64,000 bases of DNA from an uncultured delta proteobacterium (GCA_963816145.1 CAWFJP010000002.1:282669-346668); one strand, 5' to 3'. Counted from the first letter of the stretch, positions 30,093 to 41,325 are shown. The notes: generated by a model from the sequence alone, not told the origin. Numbers and translations are program-made.

Positions 30093-31928
30093 CTAATCTT
30101 CCTGTTCGTGGCGCCGCCGCGGCCGGTCGGCCTGTTTGAGAATCTTCTTGCGCAGCCGAATCGACTGCGGCGTCACTTCCACCAATTCATCGTCGGCGAT
30201 CCATTCCAAGGCGGCTTCCAGGCCCATTTCCCGGTGCGGTGAGATGATGATGTTTTCGTCCTTGCCGGCGGCGCGCATGTTGGTGAGCTTTTTCTCTTTA
30301 CAGACGTTGACGTTAAGATCGTTTTCGCGCGAGTACTCGCCGACCACCATGCCTTCGTAGACTTTGGTGCCGGGCGCGATGAACAAGACGCCGCGTTCCT
30401 GCAAGTGATATATCGCGTAGGGCGGGGCCACGCCTTCGCGGTCGGCGACCATGGCGGCGTTGGTGCGCGATTGAATCGGCCCATGCCACGGCTCCCAGCC
30501 GTTGAACAGCGCGTTCATGATGCCGGTGCCGCGGGTGTCGGTGAGAAAGCGCGAGCGAAAGCCAATCAAGCCGCGCGACGGCACGGCGAATTCCAAGCGC
30601 ACGCGGCTCGTGCCGGCGTGGATCATCTTGGTCATCTTGCCCTTGCGCATGGCCAACAGCTGCGACACCACGCCGATAAAATCTTCGGGAATGTCGATCA
30701 CCAGCAGTTCCATCGGTTCGTGGACCACGCCGTCAATTTCACGGGTGATGACCGTGGGCTTGGAGACCATCATTTCGTAACCTTCGCGGCGCATGGTCTC
30801 GATGACGATGGCCAGAGCGAATTCACCGCGCCCGGTGACTTGGAAGGCATCGGCGGTGGCGGTCTCTTCGACGCGCAGACTGACATTGCGCCGGGCCTCG
30901 AAGAACAAGCGTTCGCGCAGTTTACGCGAGGTGACATGCTCGCCTTCACGGCCGGACCAGGGCGAATTGTTGGCGATGAACAACATTGCGATGGTCGGCT
31001 CGTCGATGCGTAGCGGCGGCAGGGCCAGCGGCTTTTCCCGGTCGGTGATGGTGTCACCGATGCCAATGTCTTCAATGCCGGCAATGGCGGCGATGTCACC
31101 GGCTTGCACCGAGGGGACCTCGACGCGCTTGAGCCCTTGCCAGCCGTAGACTTGGGTAATTTTGACGACCTCTTGCTTGCCGCCGACGCGGCAGAGCATG
31201 TATTGCCCCGGCGCTAGGGAGCCGTTTTTGACTCGGCCCACGGCGAGCCGGCCGACGTAGTCGTTGTAATCGAGGTTGTTGGCTTGGAATTGTGTCGGCA
31301 TCGCCGGGTCATAGCTGGGCTCCGGCAGTGTGTTGACGATTAGCTCGAACATCGGCTTCAAATTTTCACCAGGGTGTTTCAGATCCAATGTCGCGGTGCC
31401 GGCGCGGGCGTTGGTATAGACGACCGGAAAGTCGAGCTGGTCTTCGCTGGCGTCGAGATCGATAAACAGATCGTAGATTTCGTCGAGCACCTCGGCGATG
31501 CGCGCGTCCGGCCGGTCGATTTTGTTGATGCAGACGATCGGGGTGAGTTTGGCTTCGAGCGCCTTTTTTAAGACGAAGCGGGTCTGCGGCAGCGGGCCTT
31601 CCGAGGCGTCGACCAGCAGCATGACGCCATCGACCATCGCCAAGGTCCTTTCCACTTCGCCGCCGAAGTCGGCGTGGCCGGGGGTGTCGACGATATTGAT
31701 CTTGACGTTGGCGTAATGGATCGAGGTGTTTTTTGCCATGATCGTGATGCCGCGCTCGCGTTCGAGGTCCATGGAGTCCATGACCCGCTCGGCGACCTGT
31801 TCGTTGGCGCGGAAAATGCCGCTCTGGTGCAGCAAGGCGTCGACCAAAGTGGTTTTGCCATGGTCGACGTGGGCGATGATCGCGATGTTGCGCAGATCGC
31901 CGCGGTGGGCGAGTTGAGCTTGAGTCAT
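30093..31928 (-). CDS. typA: translational GTPase TypA/BipA
   Basis: [32 protein letters not shown] and NKIDR G-motifs; 611 aa with BipA-type C-terminus. Confidence 0.93.
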   Translation of the reverse strand: MTQAQLAHRGDLRNIAIIAHVDHGKTTLVDALLHQSGIFRANEQVAERVMDSMDLERERGITIMAKNTSIHYANVKINIVDTPGHADFGGEVERTLAMVDGVMLLVDASEGPLPQTRFVLKKALEAKLTPIVCINKIDRPDARIAEVLDEIYDLFIDLDASEDQLDFPVVYTNARAGTATLDLKHPGENLKPMFELIVNTLPEPSYDPAMPTQFQANNLDYNDYVGRLAVGRVKNGSLAPGQYMLCRVGGKQEVVKITQVYGWQGLKRVEVPSVQAGDIAAIAGIEDIGIGDTITDREKPLALPPLRIDEPTIAMLFIANNSPWSGREGEHVTSRKLRERLFFEARRNVSLRVEETATADAFQVTGRGEFALAIVIETMRREGYEMMVSKPTVITREIDGVVHEPMELLVIDIPEDFIGVVSQLLAMRKGKMTKMIHAGTSRVRLEFAVPSRGLIGFRSRFLTDTRGTGIMNALFNGWEPWHGPIQSRTNAAMVADREGVAPPYAIYHLQERGVLFIAPGTKVYEGMVVGEYSRENDLNVNVCKEKKLTNMRAAGKDENIIISPHREMGLEAALEWIADDELVEVTPQSIRLRKKILKQADRPRRRHEQED

Positions 31929-32052
31929 AACCGAGTGTTATTAAAGTTCGACCGTGCGAAGTCAAGCTGGCAAGGAAAAGTCCCGCAATTCTCAGGCATT
32001 GGAAGTCGTTACCTTGCGATTGCCGGTGTCGTAGAGTATTTTTAAAGATTAC

Positions 32053-33792
32053 ATGGGGCGGCTGTGGCAATATCTAAGGCGATACTCGAAGCGCTACTTG
32101 ATTGGTGGGGTATGCCTGCTCGGCACCGCGACCCTGGTCATGATGATTCCCTGGTGGACCCGGGCTGTGGTGCGCATCATCGAGCAGGGAGGGTCGCTTG
32201 GCGATGTGAGGTTTTACGCCTTGCTAATCATCGCTGCGGCGGTCTTGCAAGGTTTCGTGCGCACCTACTCGCGGGCGTTGATTTTCAACGCCGGCCGCGA
32301 TGTCGAATACGATCTGCGCAACGATCTGTTCTCGCACCTGGAAAAACTGCCGCTGGCTTTTTATCAAGCCAACCGTACCGGCGATCTGATGTCACGGGTG
32401 ATCAACGATATCTCCGCCGTGCGCGTCATGCTCGGCCCCGGCGTGCTCAATTTCGCCAACGCGCCGCTCTATTACGTCTATGCGGTCGTTCTCATGCTGT
32501 CGATGGATGTGCGCATGACTCTGGCGGCGTTGGCGCCTTTCCCCCTGCTCATGTTTGTCGCTCGGGTATTTCGCGGTCGGATCATGAAGAGTTCGCTCGA
32601 AGTGCAGCAGCAGATGTCGGTATTGAGCAGCCATGTGCAGGAAAACTTGAGCGGCATGCATGTGGTCAAAGCCTATTCCCAGGAAGAGTTTCAAACCCAG
32701 CAGTTCGTCGGCCTCAACAAAGACTACGAAGTCAAAAGCATGCAGATGGCCAAGATGCGCGGCATTGTCAATCCGGTGATGCAGGGAATTAACGGCCTCA
32801 CCGTGCTGATCGTCATCTGGTACGGCGGCGTGCGGGTCATGCGCGGCGATTTGTTGGTGGCGGATATCGTCGCGTTCATCGCCTATCTGAACGTTTTAGC
32901 CTGGCCGACCGCAGCCTTTGGCTGGATGCTATCGCTGGTCGAGCGCGGCCGGGCAGCGATGGGCCGGCTCGAGGAAATTCTCGAAACCGAGCCGGCCATC
33001 GCCAGCCCAGCGGCGCCGTTGCCCGTGCAAGGACTTAAAGACGGCATCGAATTTCGCAATGTCTCGTTCGCCTACAATAGCCAACGCAACGGTCACTCGG
33101 CTCTCAAAGGAATCAGCTTCAAACTCACAGTCGGCAAGTCGGTCGGATTGGTCGGCCGCATCGGTTCGGGCAAGAGCACGGTTGCTCAACTGGTGCCGCG
33201 GCTGTTTGACGTCAGCAGCGGCGAGATTCTCTTGGACGGCCGCAACCTCACCCAGCTGACGCTATCGGATCTGCGCCGGATGATGGGTTATGTGCCCCAG
33301 GACCCGTTTCTGTTTTCGAACACGCTACGCCGTAATATTGCCCTGGGCCGCGAAGAGTATAGCGAAGGAGAGCTTGACCGGGCGATCAAGATCGCCAAGC
33401 TTGACCGAGATTTGGAAATCTTTCCCAAAGGTTTGGAAACCATGGTCGGCGAGCGCGGCGTGACGCTATCCGGCGGGCAAAAACAGCGCGCGACGTTGGC
33501 GCGGGCACTGATCATGGACTCGCCGGTGTTAGTGCTGGACGACTGTTTGTCGAGCGTCGATGCTCAAACCGAGGCGGAGATTCTCGCTGGGCTAAGGCAC
33601 TTTCTCAAGGAAAAAACCTGCCTGATTATCTCGCACCGCATTTCGGCGGTGAAAGCGGCCGATGAGATTCTGGTTCTCGACGAAGGCGAGATCATCGAGC
33701 GCGGCGATCACGAAGCCCTGGTGCGCCGGGGCGGCGTCTATGCGGATCTCTACCAGCAGCAACGCTTGAGCGAGGAGCTCGAACAAATCTAA
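32053..33792 (+). CDS. ABC exporter, fused permease/ATPase (type I exporter half-transporter A)
   Basis: Six-TM N-domain. Walker A GRIGSGKST, signature LSGGQKQR, Walker B VLVLDDCLSSVD. Confidence 0.85.
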   Translation: MGRLWQYLRRYSKRYLIGGVCLLGTATLVMMIPWWTRAVVRIIEQGGSLGDVRFYALLIIAAAVLQGFVRTYSRALIFNAGRDVEYDLRNDLFSHLEKLPLAFYQANRTGDLMSRVINDISAVRVMLGPGVLNFANAPLYYVYAVVLMLSMDVRMTLAALAPFPLLMFVARVFRGRIMKSSLEVQQQMSVLSSHVQENLSGMHVVKAYSQEEFQTQQFVGLNKDYEVKSMQMAKMRGIVNPVMQGINGLTVLIVIWYGGVRVMRGDLLVADIVAFIAYLNVLAWPTAAFGWMLSLVERGRAAMGRLEEILETEPAIASPAAPLPVQGLKDGIEFRNVSFAYNSQRNGHSALKGISFKLTVGKSVGLVGRIGSGKSTVAQLVPRLFDVSSGEILLDGRNLTQLTLSDLRRMMGYVPQDPFLFSNTLRRNIALGREEYSEGELDRAIKIAKLDRDLEIFPKGLETMVGERGVTLSGGQKQRATLARALIMDSPVLVLDDCLSSVDAQTEAEILAGLRHFLKEKTCLIISHRISAVKAADEILVLDEGEIIERGDHEALVRRGGVYADLYQQQRLSEELEQI

Positions 33793-35606
33793 TGGCCCAG
33801 GCAGCGGAGCAAGAGGAAGTCCTCGGCAAAGCCTACGACCTGCGGCTGATCCAGCGCTTGTGGAAGTTCATTATTCCTTACAAGCGGTTGTTTTACTTCA
33901 CCATGCTGCTGTTGCCGCTGCAGCAAGCCTTCGGCGTGGCCCAGCCCTATTTAATGAAGATTGGTATCGACCGATACATCGCCGGCAAGGATCTTTGGGG
34001 TTTGAAGAATGTCATGCTGCTGTTCCTCGCCGCCCTGATCGGCGAGGCCGTGGCGGCGTTCGCGCACCAGTATTTCTCCATGCTGGTGGCGCAGCGCTGT
34101 TTGGCCGACATGCGGGCGGCGGTTTTTGCCCATGTGCAGAAACTGCCGATGAGTTATTTCGACCGCAATCCTGTGGGCCGATTGGTGACGCGCATGACGA
34201 CCGATGTCGACGTACTCCAGGAAATGTTTTCCTCAGGCGTGCTGACCCTGCTCTCCGATTTTATCATGGTGGTGTGGATCGTCAGCATCATGTTCTATCT
34301 GAATGTCGGCTTGGCCTTGGTGTCCTTGGCGTTGATCCCGCCGATGATGTTCGCCATCAACTTTTTCCGCGTCAAAGCGCGGCAGAACTACCGCCAGATC
34401 CGCGAGCGCATCGCCCGGGTGAACGCCTATCTGGGAGAGGCGATTTCCGGCATGACGGTGATCCATCTGTTTTCTCGCGAGGCGAAAACCTACCGCGAGT
34501 TCGAAGAACTCAACGCCGATCATCGCGACGCGTATCATCTGTCGAACACCTACGAGGCGGCACTCTATTCCATGGTCGAGGCCGCCGGATCGGTGAGCTT
34601 AGGGCTTTTGCTCTGGTACGGCGGCGGCGAGGTTTTGCACGGTATCATCGGCATCGGCACAGTGGTGGCTTTCAAGGAATACGTGAACCGGTTCTATGTG
34701 CCGATGCGCGATTTTAGCCAGAAGTACGCGGTCATGCAGTCGGCGATGGCGTCGGCGGAGCGGATTTTTCAACTGCTGGATACGCCGGTCGATATTCAAA
34801 ATATCCAAAACGCCCTGGTGCCCAAGCCGTTTCGCGGCGAAGTGGTTTTCGACAACGTCTGGTTCAACTACAAAGCCGGCGATCCGGTCTTGAAAGGCGT
34901 CTCGTTCCGCATTGCGCCGGGAGAGAAAGTCGCCGTCGTCGGCGCCACCGGCTCCGGCAAGACGACGACTATCAAGCTGCTCAACCGCTCCTACGATATT
35001 CAACAGGGTTCGATCAAAGTCAGCGGCGTCGACGTGCGCGAGTGGGATCTCCACGCGCTGCGCCGCCATATCGGCGTGGTGTTGCAGGATGTGTTTTTGT
35101 TTTCCGGCGATGTGCGCGGCAACTTGATCCTGGGCGATCCCACGGTTTCCCAAGAGCGCGTCGAACAAGCGGCGAAGCATGCCAATGCCGATCAATTTAT
35201 TCGCCAGTTGCCCGACGGCTACCTCTCCCAGGTGCGCGAACGAGGCAGCAACTTCTCGGCGGGGCAACGGCAACTCTTGTCGCTCGCGCGGGTGCTGGTG
35301 TTCCGGCCAGAAATATTGGTGATGGACGAGGCGACTTCTAGCGTCGACACCGAGACCGAAGCATTGATCCAAGATGCGCTGGAGAAAGTCATGCGCGACC
35401 GGACTTGTCTGTTGATCGCGCATCGGCTGTCGACGATCCGCAATGCTGACCGGATTATCGTGCTGCACCATGGCGAGGTGCGCGAGATGGGTTCCCACGC
35501 CGAGCTGATGGAACAGCGCGGCATCTATCACCGGCTGTACCAGCTGCAGTACGAGCGCGAGGAGTTAAAGCTCACCGGCCATGTCGAATCCAAGGTTGTT
35601 GCCTAG
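33792..35606 (+). CDS. ABC exporter, fused permease/ATPase (half-transporter B)
   Basis: Six-TM N-domain. Walker A GATGSGKTT, signature FSAGQRQL, Walker B ILVMDEATSSVD. Its start overlaps the stop of the preceding gene. Confidence 0.85.
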   Translation: MAQAAEQEEVLGKAYDLRLIQRLWKFIIPYKRLFYFTMLLLPLQQAFGVAQPYLMKIGIDRYIAGKDLWGLKNVMLLFLAALIGEAVAAFAHQYFSMLVAQRCLADMRAAVFAHVQKLPMSYFDRNPVGRLVTRMTTDVDVLQEMFSSGVLTLLSDFIMVVWIVSIMFYLNVGLALVSLALIPPMMFAINFFRVKARQNYRQIRERIARVNAYLGEAISGMTVIHLFSREAKTYREFEELNADHRDAYHLSNTYEAALYSMVEAAGSVSLGLLLWYGGGEVLHGIIGIGTVVAFKEYVNRFYVPMRDFSQKYAVMQSAMASAERIFQLLDTPVDIQNIQNALVPKPFRGEVVFDNVWFNYKAGDPVLKGVSFRIAPGEKVAVVGATGSGKTTTIKLLNRSYDIQQGSIKVSGVDVREWDLHALRRHIGVVLQDVFLFSGDVRGNLILGDPTVSQERVEQAAKHANADQFIRQLPDGYLSQVRERGSNFSAGQRQLLSLARVLVFRPEILVMDEATSSVDTETEALIQDALEKVMRDRTCLLIAHRLSTIRNADRIIVLHHGEVREMGSHAELMEQRGIYHRLYQLQYEREELKLTGHVESKVVA

Positions 35607-35700
35607 CAATCTCGTGCGCGCTGTCCTTGGGAGATCATTGCGGTTTGTTCGTCTAAATCGAGCGGCCTCTTTTCAGTCCATCCGAGTCGGAGTATTGGTA

Positions 35701-36723
35701 ATGACGCTCATGTCTTTGCTTTCCGCCTGTTCTCCGATCTACGTTCTGCGCGCCGCCTATGAAGAGGGAAAAATTCTCTGGCGCCGCCAACCGATCGCGG
35801 AATATATCCAGCAGCCGGATGTTAACGCCGAGACCCAGGAGAAGCTCAAAACCGTTCTGGCGGTGCGCGAGTATGCCCGCGATGTTCTCAAGCTCAACGT
35901 CGGCGGCAGCTATGGGAGCTACTCCTACGTCGATCGGCCGGACCTGACCTACGTTGTCGTCGCCGCGCCTAAGACCGAGCTGCGGCCTTACACCTGGTGG
36001 TTTCTGATCGTCGGCAGCGTGCCGTACAAGGGTTACTTCTCCAAGCAAGATGCTGAGGAAGAAATCGAACGTTTGAAGGCCGAAGGCTACGACACCAATC
36101 TGCGCACCTCGGCGGCGTTCAGCACTCTCGGCTGGTTCGACGATCCGTTGTTATCCCATCTGCTCAAGTACGACAAAGTCGGGCTTGCGGAAATTGTGTT
36201 TCACGAACTGTTTCACAACACGCTCTACATCAGCGGGCAAGGCGCTTTCAACGAAAGCGTCGCCAACTTCATCGGTCATCGAGCTGCGATTGAGTTTTTT
36301 CGCGTCAAATATGGCGCCGACAGCGCTGAACACAAGCGCGCGCTCGAGTGGTGGAGCGAAGAGCGGGAATTCGGAGCGTTTGTCGCGGAAGTCGTGCGCG
36401 ATTTGACTGAACTGTACAAGAGCGAGATCCCGCGCGCCGACAAACTGCGGCTGCGCGAGCTGGTTTTTAGCCGCAGCAAGGCCGAATGGGCGCGCCGCAT
36501 CGCCGAGCGGCCGACGCACCGCTTCCGCGGCTTCAGCCAACAGCCGTTCAACAATGCGGTACTGATGCACTACGCGGTTTACTTACAAGATTTGGACTTG
36601 TTCGAGTTGCTATATGACACCGCTGGACAGAAGCTGCCCAAAACCATTGAGCTATTGCAACAAGCCGTGGCGAACGGTGGCGATCCATTCGAGGCAGTGC
36701 GGCAATTAGTGAAGAATAATTAG
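35701..36723 (+). CDS. predicted lipoprotein aminopeptidase (COG4324/PF10023-like zinc peptidase)
   Basis: ATG 35701 gives lipobox MTLMSLLSAC. HELFHN zinc motif and downstream NESVANF. Confidence 0.65.
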   Translation: MTLMSLLSACSPIYVLRAAYEEGKILWRRQPIAEYIQQPDVNAETQEKLKTVLAVREYARDVLKLNVGGSYGSYSYVDRPDLTYVVVAAPKTELRPYTWWFLIVGSVPYKGYFSKQDAEEEIERLKAEGYDTNLRTSAAFSTLGWFDDPLLSHLLKYDKVGLAEIVFHELFHNTLYISGQGAFNESVANFIGHRAAIEFFRVKYGADSAEHKRALEWWSEEREFGAFVAEVVRDLTELYKSEIPRADKLRLRELVFSRSKAEWARRIAERPTHRFRGFSQQPFNNAVLMHYAVYLQDLDLFELLYDTAGQKLPKTIELLQQAVANGGDPFEAVRQLVKNN

Positions 36724-36774
36724 CCGCAGCGCTCCGATTGAGGTTAACCCGCGATCAAATGCGAAGATTATTAT

Positions 36775-36848
36775 TTACCACGAAGCGCGCGAGGGGTTAG
36801 GATAATTAAAATTCTGAACTTCGTGATCTTCGTGTCCTTCGCGGTGAG
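36775..36848. repeat. palindromic tandem-word repeat, family A (CACGAAG word)
   Basis: TTACCACGAAGCGCGCGAGG - TTAGGATAATTAAAATTCTGAA - CTTCGTGATCTTCGTGTCCTTCGCGGTGAG. Lies between convergent genes. Confidence 0.65.
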
Positions 36849-36871
36849 ATAGTATCTCCCTATGCGGCTGG

Positions 36872-37741
36872 TCAGCTTACCGCAGTTACTAAGGCAAATC
36901 GCCGGATCGCTTCGATATGCGCCGACGGCGACATCAGTCCCGACTTCATGGTGTTGAAGCTCACGTGGGTCGCGCCGAGATTTTTCCACGCTTCTAGATC
37001 TTTCTGCCAAGCGTCCGGTATGCCCTGGCCGTAGCTGATGCGACCTTCGATGCCGATGGATTGCGGCTCACGGCCTGCCGCCTTCGCATCATTGCGAATC
37101 TTGTCAATCATTGCCCGGCATTTTTCATCCGGTCCGACGAGCGGAAACCAGCCGTCGCCAGTACGCGCCAACCGGCCCAACGCGCGCTCATCGCTGCCGC
37201 CGAACCAGATCGGTATCGGCCTTTGCACGGGCAGGGGATTGATGCCGGCGTCGGTGATCTTATGCCACCGCCCTTCGAATGTTAGAGTCGGATGGGTCCA
37301 GAGTTGGCGCAAGACTTCGATCTGCTCTTCGGAGCGGCGGCCGCGATTTTTGAAATCTGCGCCGAGAGCTTCGTATTCCACCGGGTTCCAGCCTATGCCG
37401 ATGCCGAAGCGCAGCCGGCCGCCGCTCAAGACATCGAGCGCCGCGGCCTGTTTGGCGACCAAGACGGTTTGACGCTGGGGCAGAATGATGACGCCGGTGC
37501 AAAATTCGATTCGCCGGGTCACACCGGCGAGATAGCTGAATAAAACCACCGGCTCGTGGAACATGTCCAAGTGGCTATAGGGCGCGCGCCAGTTGGGCCG
37601 ACTCACCGGGTTGGCACCGATCACATGGTCGTAGGCCAGGATATGGGAAAAGCCCAACTCTTCGGCGGCCTGGCCGTAGTCCTTTATATAGTTTGGATCG
37701 GCGCCGATTTCGGTCTGCGGAAACACTACTCCGGCTTTCAT
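36872..37741 (-). CDS. LLM-class (luciferase-like) F420-dependent oxidoreductase
   Basis: ATG 37741 with GGAGGA upstream. MKAGVVFPQTEIGADP..GFSHILAYDHV..RIEFCTGVIILPQRQ is typical of the TIGR03619-type family. Confidence 0.78.
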   Translation of the reverse strand: MKAGVVFPQTEIGADPNYIKDYGQAAEELGFSHILAYDHVIGANPVSRPNWRAPYSHLDMFHEPVVLFSYLAGVTRRIEFCTGVIILPQRQTVLVAKQAAALDVLSGGRLRFGIGIGWNPVEYEALGADFKNRGRRSEEQIEVLRQLWTHPTLTFEGRWHKITDAGINPLPVQRPIPIWFGGSDERALGRLARTGDGWFPLVGPDEKCRAMIDKIRNDAKAAGREPQSIGIEGRISYGQGIPDAWQKDLEAWKNLGATHVSFNTMKSGLMSPSAHIEAIRRFALVTAVS

Positions 37742-37857
37742 GGAAAGTTCCTCCATTGGAAACTATTGAATACTCGGGCAATTCCGCTTTGTTTTGAAAC
37801 GACGGCCTTGAATTTCAGCTTGGCCATGCGCAGATTCTCCGTATGTAGAATTGTAAC

Positions 37858-37885
37858 TTGACTTAACCTAAGCGTTTCGTAGGAT
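37858..37885 (+). promoter_or_regulatory. sigma70-like promoter candidate upstream of htpX
   Basis: TTGACT (37858..37863), 16-nt spacer, TAGGAT (37880..37885), about 30 nt upstream of the htpX ATG. Confidence 0.3.
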
Positions 37886-37916
37886 ACTTTCTAGAAGCGG
37901 AATAGGAGTAAAAGCT

Positions 37917-38798
37917 ATGAACGGTTTGCGTACCACGATCCTGCTTGCGATGTTGACGGCGTTGGTCGTCTGGATCGGCCAGATGGTCGGCGGCCCCAAT
38001 GGCGCGATGATGGCGTTGATCTTCGCCGGCGCCATGAACTTCATCAGCTATTGGTTCAGCGATAAGATCGTTCTCAAGATGTACCGCGCGCAGGAGATAA
38101 CCGCCAACGATGACCCCGAGCTTTTCGGCATTGTCCAGGAGCTGGCCGGCCGGGGGGGCTTGCCGATGCCGAAGGTTTATATCATCCCCGAAGAAGCCCC
38201 CAACGCTTTTGCAACCGGGCGCAATCCCGAACATGCCGCTGTCGCGGTGACCCAAGGGATTCGCCGGATTCTCAATAAACGGGAACTCGCCGGTGTGCTT
38301 GGCCACGAACTCTCCCATGTGAAACATCGCGACATACTGATCAGCAGCATCGCCGCGACCCTCGCCGGCGCGATCAGTTATCTTGCCCAGATGGCGCAGT
38401 TCGCCGCGATATTTGGCGGCGGGCGGAGCCGCGACGATGAAGGCGGCGGTGGCGGTGTGTTCGGGCTTCTGTTCATGATGATCGTCGCGCCGATCGCCGC
38501 GATGTTGATTCAGATGGCGGTGTCGCGCTCGCGCGAGTATATGGCGGATGACGGCGGCGCGAAGTTATCCGGAGATCCACTGGCGTTGGCTAGCGCGCTG
38601 CGCAAGCTGCAGATGGGCGCGCAAAACATTCCGCTAGATGCCAGCCCGGCGACGCAAAACGCCACGGCGCATATGTTTATCGTCAGCCCGCTCAGCGGCA
38701 GCGGCTTCGCTTCGCTGTTCAGCACCCATCCGGCGATGGAAGAGCGCATCGCCCGGCTCGAAGCGATGGCAAAAGATATGAGTTACTTGAAAGCCTAA
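37917..38798 (+). CDS. htpX: zinc metalloprotease HtpX (M48 family)
   Basis: [10 protein letters not shown] HExxH motif, four TM segments, C-terminal [11 protein letters not shown]. Confidence 0.9.
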   Translation: MNGLRTTILLAMLTALVVWIGQMVGGPNGAMMALIFAGAMNFISYWFSDKIVLKMYRAQEITANDDPELFGIVQELAGRGGLPMPKVYIIPEEAPNAFATGRNPEHAAVAVTQGIRRILNKRELAGVLGHELSHVKHRDILISSIAATLAGAISYLAQMAQFAAIFGGGRSRDDEGGGGGVFGLLFMMIVAPIAAMLIQMAVSRSREYMADDGGAKLSGDPLALASALRKLQMGAQNIPLDASPATQNATAHMFIVSPLSGSGFASLFSTHPAMEERIARLEAMAKDMSYLKA

Positions 38799-38816
38799 CC
38801 CGTCTATTCACCGCAT

Positions 38817-39491
38817 TTAGGTTTGTACGGGCGACCGGCCGGTCGCCCTTACCTTTTCTTCCAACCAGACCGAAAGATCGTAAAGCCCTCTGGGCCTAAT
38901 CTCGTGGCCCATTTCATACTCCTTAAAAGTCAGTGGCACTTTCAGCTCGCGCAAGCGCGCCACCGAGTCACGCGCACGGTCGACCTCGATCTGCGGATCT
39001 TGGGTGCCATGTTGAACCAAGACTGGCAGCGATTGCACGGCGGCGCTGATAGTTAGCCGCGGTGTCAGTTCTCTCGGCAGCCAGGTGCTGAGCGCGGCGA
39101 GGCCTGCGAAACGCTCCGGTTCGGTCAACGCCAGGCTGTAAGCCATCACACCGCCTTGGCTGAAGCCGAGCACGGCCAATCTGGTTGGGTCGATGGGATA
39201 GTGTGCGAGGCAGTCATCGAGGAACTCTTGCAAGGCCTTGCGGGACTCCAACATACCATTGATGTCGGGCACGCCCCCTTTGCTGGAGTCGTACCAAGCG
39301 TAACCCACCGCTTCGGGGCCGATCGGGGTTTCCAGCGGCGCCTGTGGGCAGATAATCAAGAACTGCCCGCCACAAAGATAGGGCGCAAGGCCGAGGAGAT
39401 CGAAGGCGTTGGCGCCGCGGCCATGCAAAGTGAGAATGGTCGGATGGGGTCCAGCGCCGGGTGGTTGATAGATGGTGTGGATGAGGTTCAT
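38817..39491 (-). CDS. alpha/beta hydrolase (phospholipase/carboxylesterase family)
   Basis: ATG 39491 with AGGAG upstream. Nucleophile elbow GFSQGG, HG..D and a C-terminal His region. Confidence 0.75.
   Translation of the reverse strand: MNLIHTIYQPPGAGPHPTILTLHGRGANAFDLLGLAPYLCGGQFLIICPQAPLETPIGPEAVGYAWYDSSKGGVPDINGMLESRKALQEFLDDCLAHYPIDPTRLAVLGFSQGGVMAYSLALTEPERFAGLAALSTWLPRELTPRLTISAAVQSLPVLVQHGTQDPQIEVDRARDSVARLRELKVPLTFKEYEMGHEIRPRGLYDLSVWLEEKVRATGRSPVQT
38829..38860 (+). terminator. intrinsic terminator candidate for htpX, embedded in the 3' end of the convergent hydrolase ORF
   Basis: GGGCGACC-GGCC-GGTCGCCC perfect hairpin followed by TTACCTTTTCTT. Confidence 0.55.
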
Positions 39492-39633
39492 GGATGGCTC
39501 CTGCGAGTGTCGTTTTGTCGCAATTACTGCCGCAGCGAATGACTTAACTTCGCTTGCGCTCAATCACCCCTACTCTAACTCTCCCCTCGTCGAGGGGGAG
39601 AGAATCGGCTAGCTGCGAATAGGCTGAGCCAGC

Positions 39634-41325
39634 TTATTCTTTTAGCTGTTCCAAATGTTTGATGCCGACGCGTAGCGCTGTGACGACGGTGACGATGGTG
39701 ACAGCTAGCATGATCAGCAGCGACGGTGCAACGACGGAATACTCCGGTAGAAAAATCCGGCCGCGTTGAAACGCGCGCATGGCCAGAGTGTAGATCGGCC
39801 AGGCGACGATCATTACGGCGATACCGATAAAGCCGATGCTGAAGATCATGCACACCGCGCCGCCGAAGCTGGTGGGGATCTCGGCGGCATTTTCGTAGTT
39901 GAAGTTGGGATAGAGCGCGCCCAAGCCGACGCCGATGGCGGTGATGCCGAAGGTCATTAGAAACATTGTGATCAGCGACAGGCTCATCATCCAGCCCGGC
40001 ACTTTGAGCATTAGGTTGCTGCAAAAGATCAACAGCTCGCCCAAGAATAGCAACGGCACGAAATTCAACCAGAACTTGCTCCACAACAATGCCCGCAAGG
40101 AGATTGGCGCGGTCTGGAGGAGCCAAAATGCTTTGCCCTCCAGGCTGACCGCCGGAAAGGCGAAGCGGATCGCGATGGCACTCAGCACAAAGCCGGCCAA
40201 GCCCAGGTTGGCGAAGGAGACGATGGTGCGGATGGTTCCCGCCGGCATTGGCGAGCGGTCAAGGGGCAGAACTTTGAAGTTATAGAGATAGACGACGATG
40301 AGGGCGGCCAACAAAAATAACTGCGACCATTGGGTCGTGTCGCGCAGGAACGTTTTCATGTCCTTGAGCATAATAGCCCGAGTGATCTCAGGAAAAGGCC
40401 GGGTCGATAGATCGAGCAGCCGGTCGAACCAGGCCAACTTGCGCCGCCCCTGGCGAGACTCCTGAGCCTTCGACCAGCCGTCGAGATAGACTGCGCTGGA
40501 ACACCAGCTGGCCGCCAACGGCAAAAACATCGCGTAGCTCGCGAGCAGGGCGAAAAAGAAGCCCGATTCGGTGTCGCGCTTGAACAACGTGCCGGCGAGG
40601 ATCTCGGCCAACCAGCTGCTCGGCAGAAATGGCGCCGACGGCGTTTCCATGGCGCTTAAGAACTGCATGAAATTGCCGAACGATTCCGGCTGGACCAAGC
40701 GCTCGGGTTGGGAGAAACGAAACAGAAAATACATGATCAGAAACGCGAACAGCCCGATGAAAAAGAGCAGGTCGCGGACGCGTTTGGCCGGCATGGCGTA
40801 GACCAAGAGATGGGTGACCAGTGCGCCGATGGCTGCAGGGATGAGCAAGAACAGTGGGAGAATTGCCGCGATCCAAAAATAAAGCTTGACGCCGCCGCCG
40901 AACACCGAGCCGTAGGCTGCGAAGATCGGCAGTGAAAAGAACAGCACCATCCAGGATGAATTGACCGTCGTGGCGATCAAGCGGGCGAAGAAGAAGCCGT
41001 TGGGCGATACCGGTGTCGCGTGGATTAGATCGAGATCGCGAGCGAGAAAAAACGTCGACAACGCCGCCACCAGGTTGCTGAACAGCAGCATCGATAGAAA
41101 GGTCAGCAATATTATCAATAGCAATTGGTAGGCGAGGGCCGGTCCGAGTTCGTAGACGGTTTCGAAGTAGCGCAAGACCCGGCGCACGACCAGATAGGTG
41201 CCGATCCAGAACAGGCCGGCGAGAAGCGCCAGTGAGAGTCTTCGGGTCCACGAGTGGGCGCCGCGAAAGAAACTATTCTTCCACGACAGCCAAAGCGGCG
41301 AGAGTAGTAGCGCCACCGAACTCAT
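39634..41325 (-). CDS. large polytopic membrane protein, putative ABC-2-type exporter permease
   Basis: 563 aa with at least 12 hydrophobic segments. Lies directly downstream of (1 nt gap) the ABC ATPase gene. Confidence 0.6.
   Translation of the reverse strand: MSSVALLLSPLWLSWKNSFFRGAHSWTRRLSLALLAGLFWIGTYLVVRRVLRYFETVYELGPALAYQLLLIILLTFLSMLLFSNLVAALSTFFLARDLDLIHATPVSPNGFFFARLIATTVNSSWMVLFFSLPIFAAYGSVFGGGVKLYFWIAAILPLFLLIPAAIGALVTHLLVYAMPAKRVRDLLFFIGLFAFLIMYFLFRFSQPERLVQPESFGNFMQFLSAMETPSAPFLPSSWLAEILAGTLFKRDTESGFFFALLASYAMFLPLAASWCSSAVYLDGWSKAQESRQGRRKLAWFDRLLDLSTRPFPEITRAIMLKDMKTFLRDTTQWSQLFLLAALIVVYLYNFKVLPLDRSPMPAGTIRTIVSFANLGLAGFVLSAIAIRFAFPAVSLEGKAFWLLQTAPISLRALLWSKFWLNFVPLLFLGELLIFCSNLMLKVPGWMMSLSLITMFLMTFGITAIGVGLGALYPNFNYENAAEIPTSFGGAVCMIFSIGFIGIAVMIVAWPIYTLAMRAFQRGRIFLPEYSVVAPSLLIMLAVTIVTVVTALRVGIKHLEQLKE

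Noticed and set aside
40388-41251. 287-codon alternative-frame ORF on the same strand as the ABC-2 permease (also 32064..32792 and 33860..34717 within the ABC exporter genes)
   Set aside because: These are out-of-frame readings of genes whose main frame gives coherent TM or ABC motifs. The alternative products are Arg/Pro-rich nonsense.
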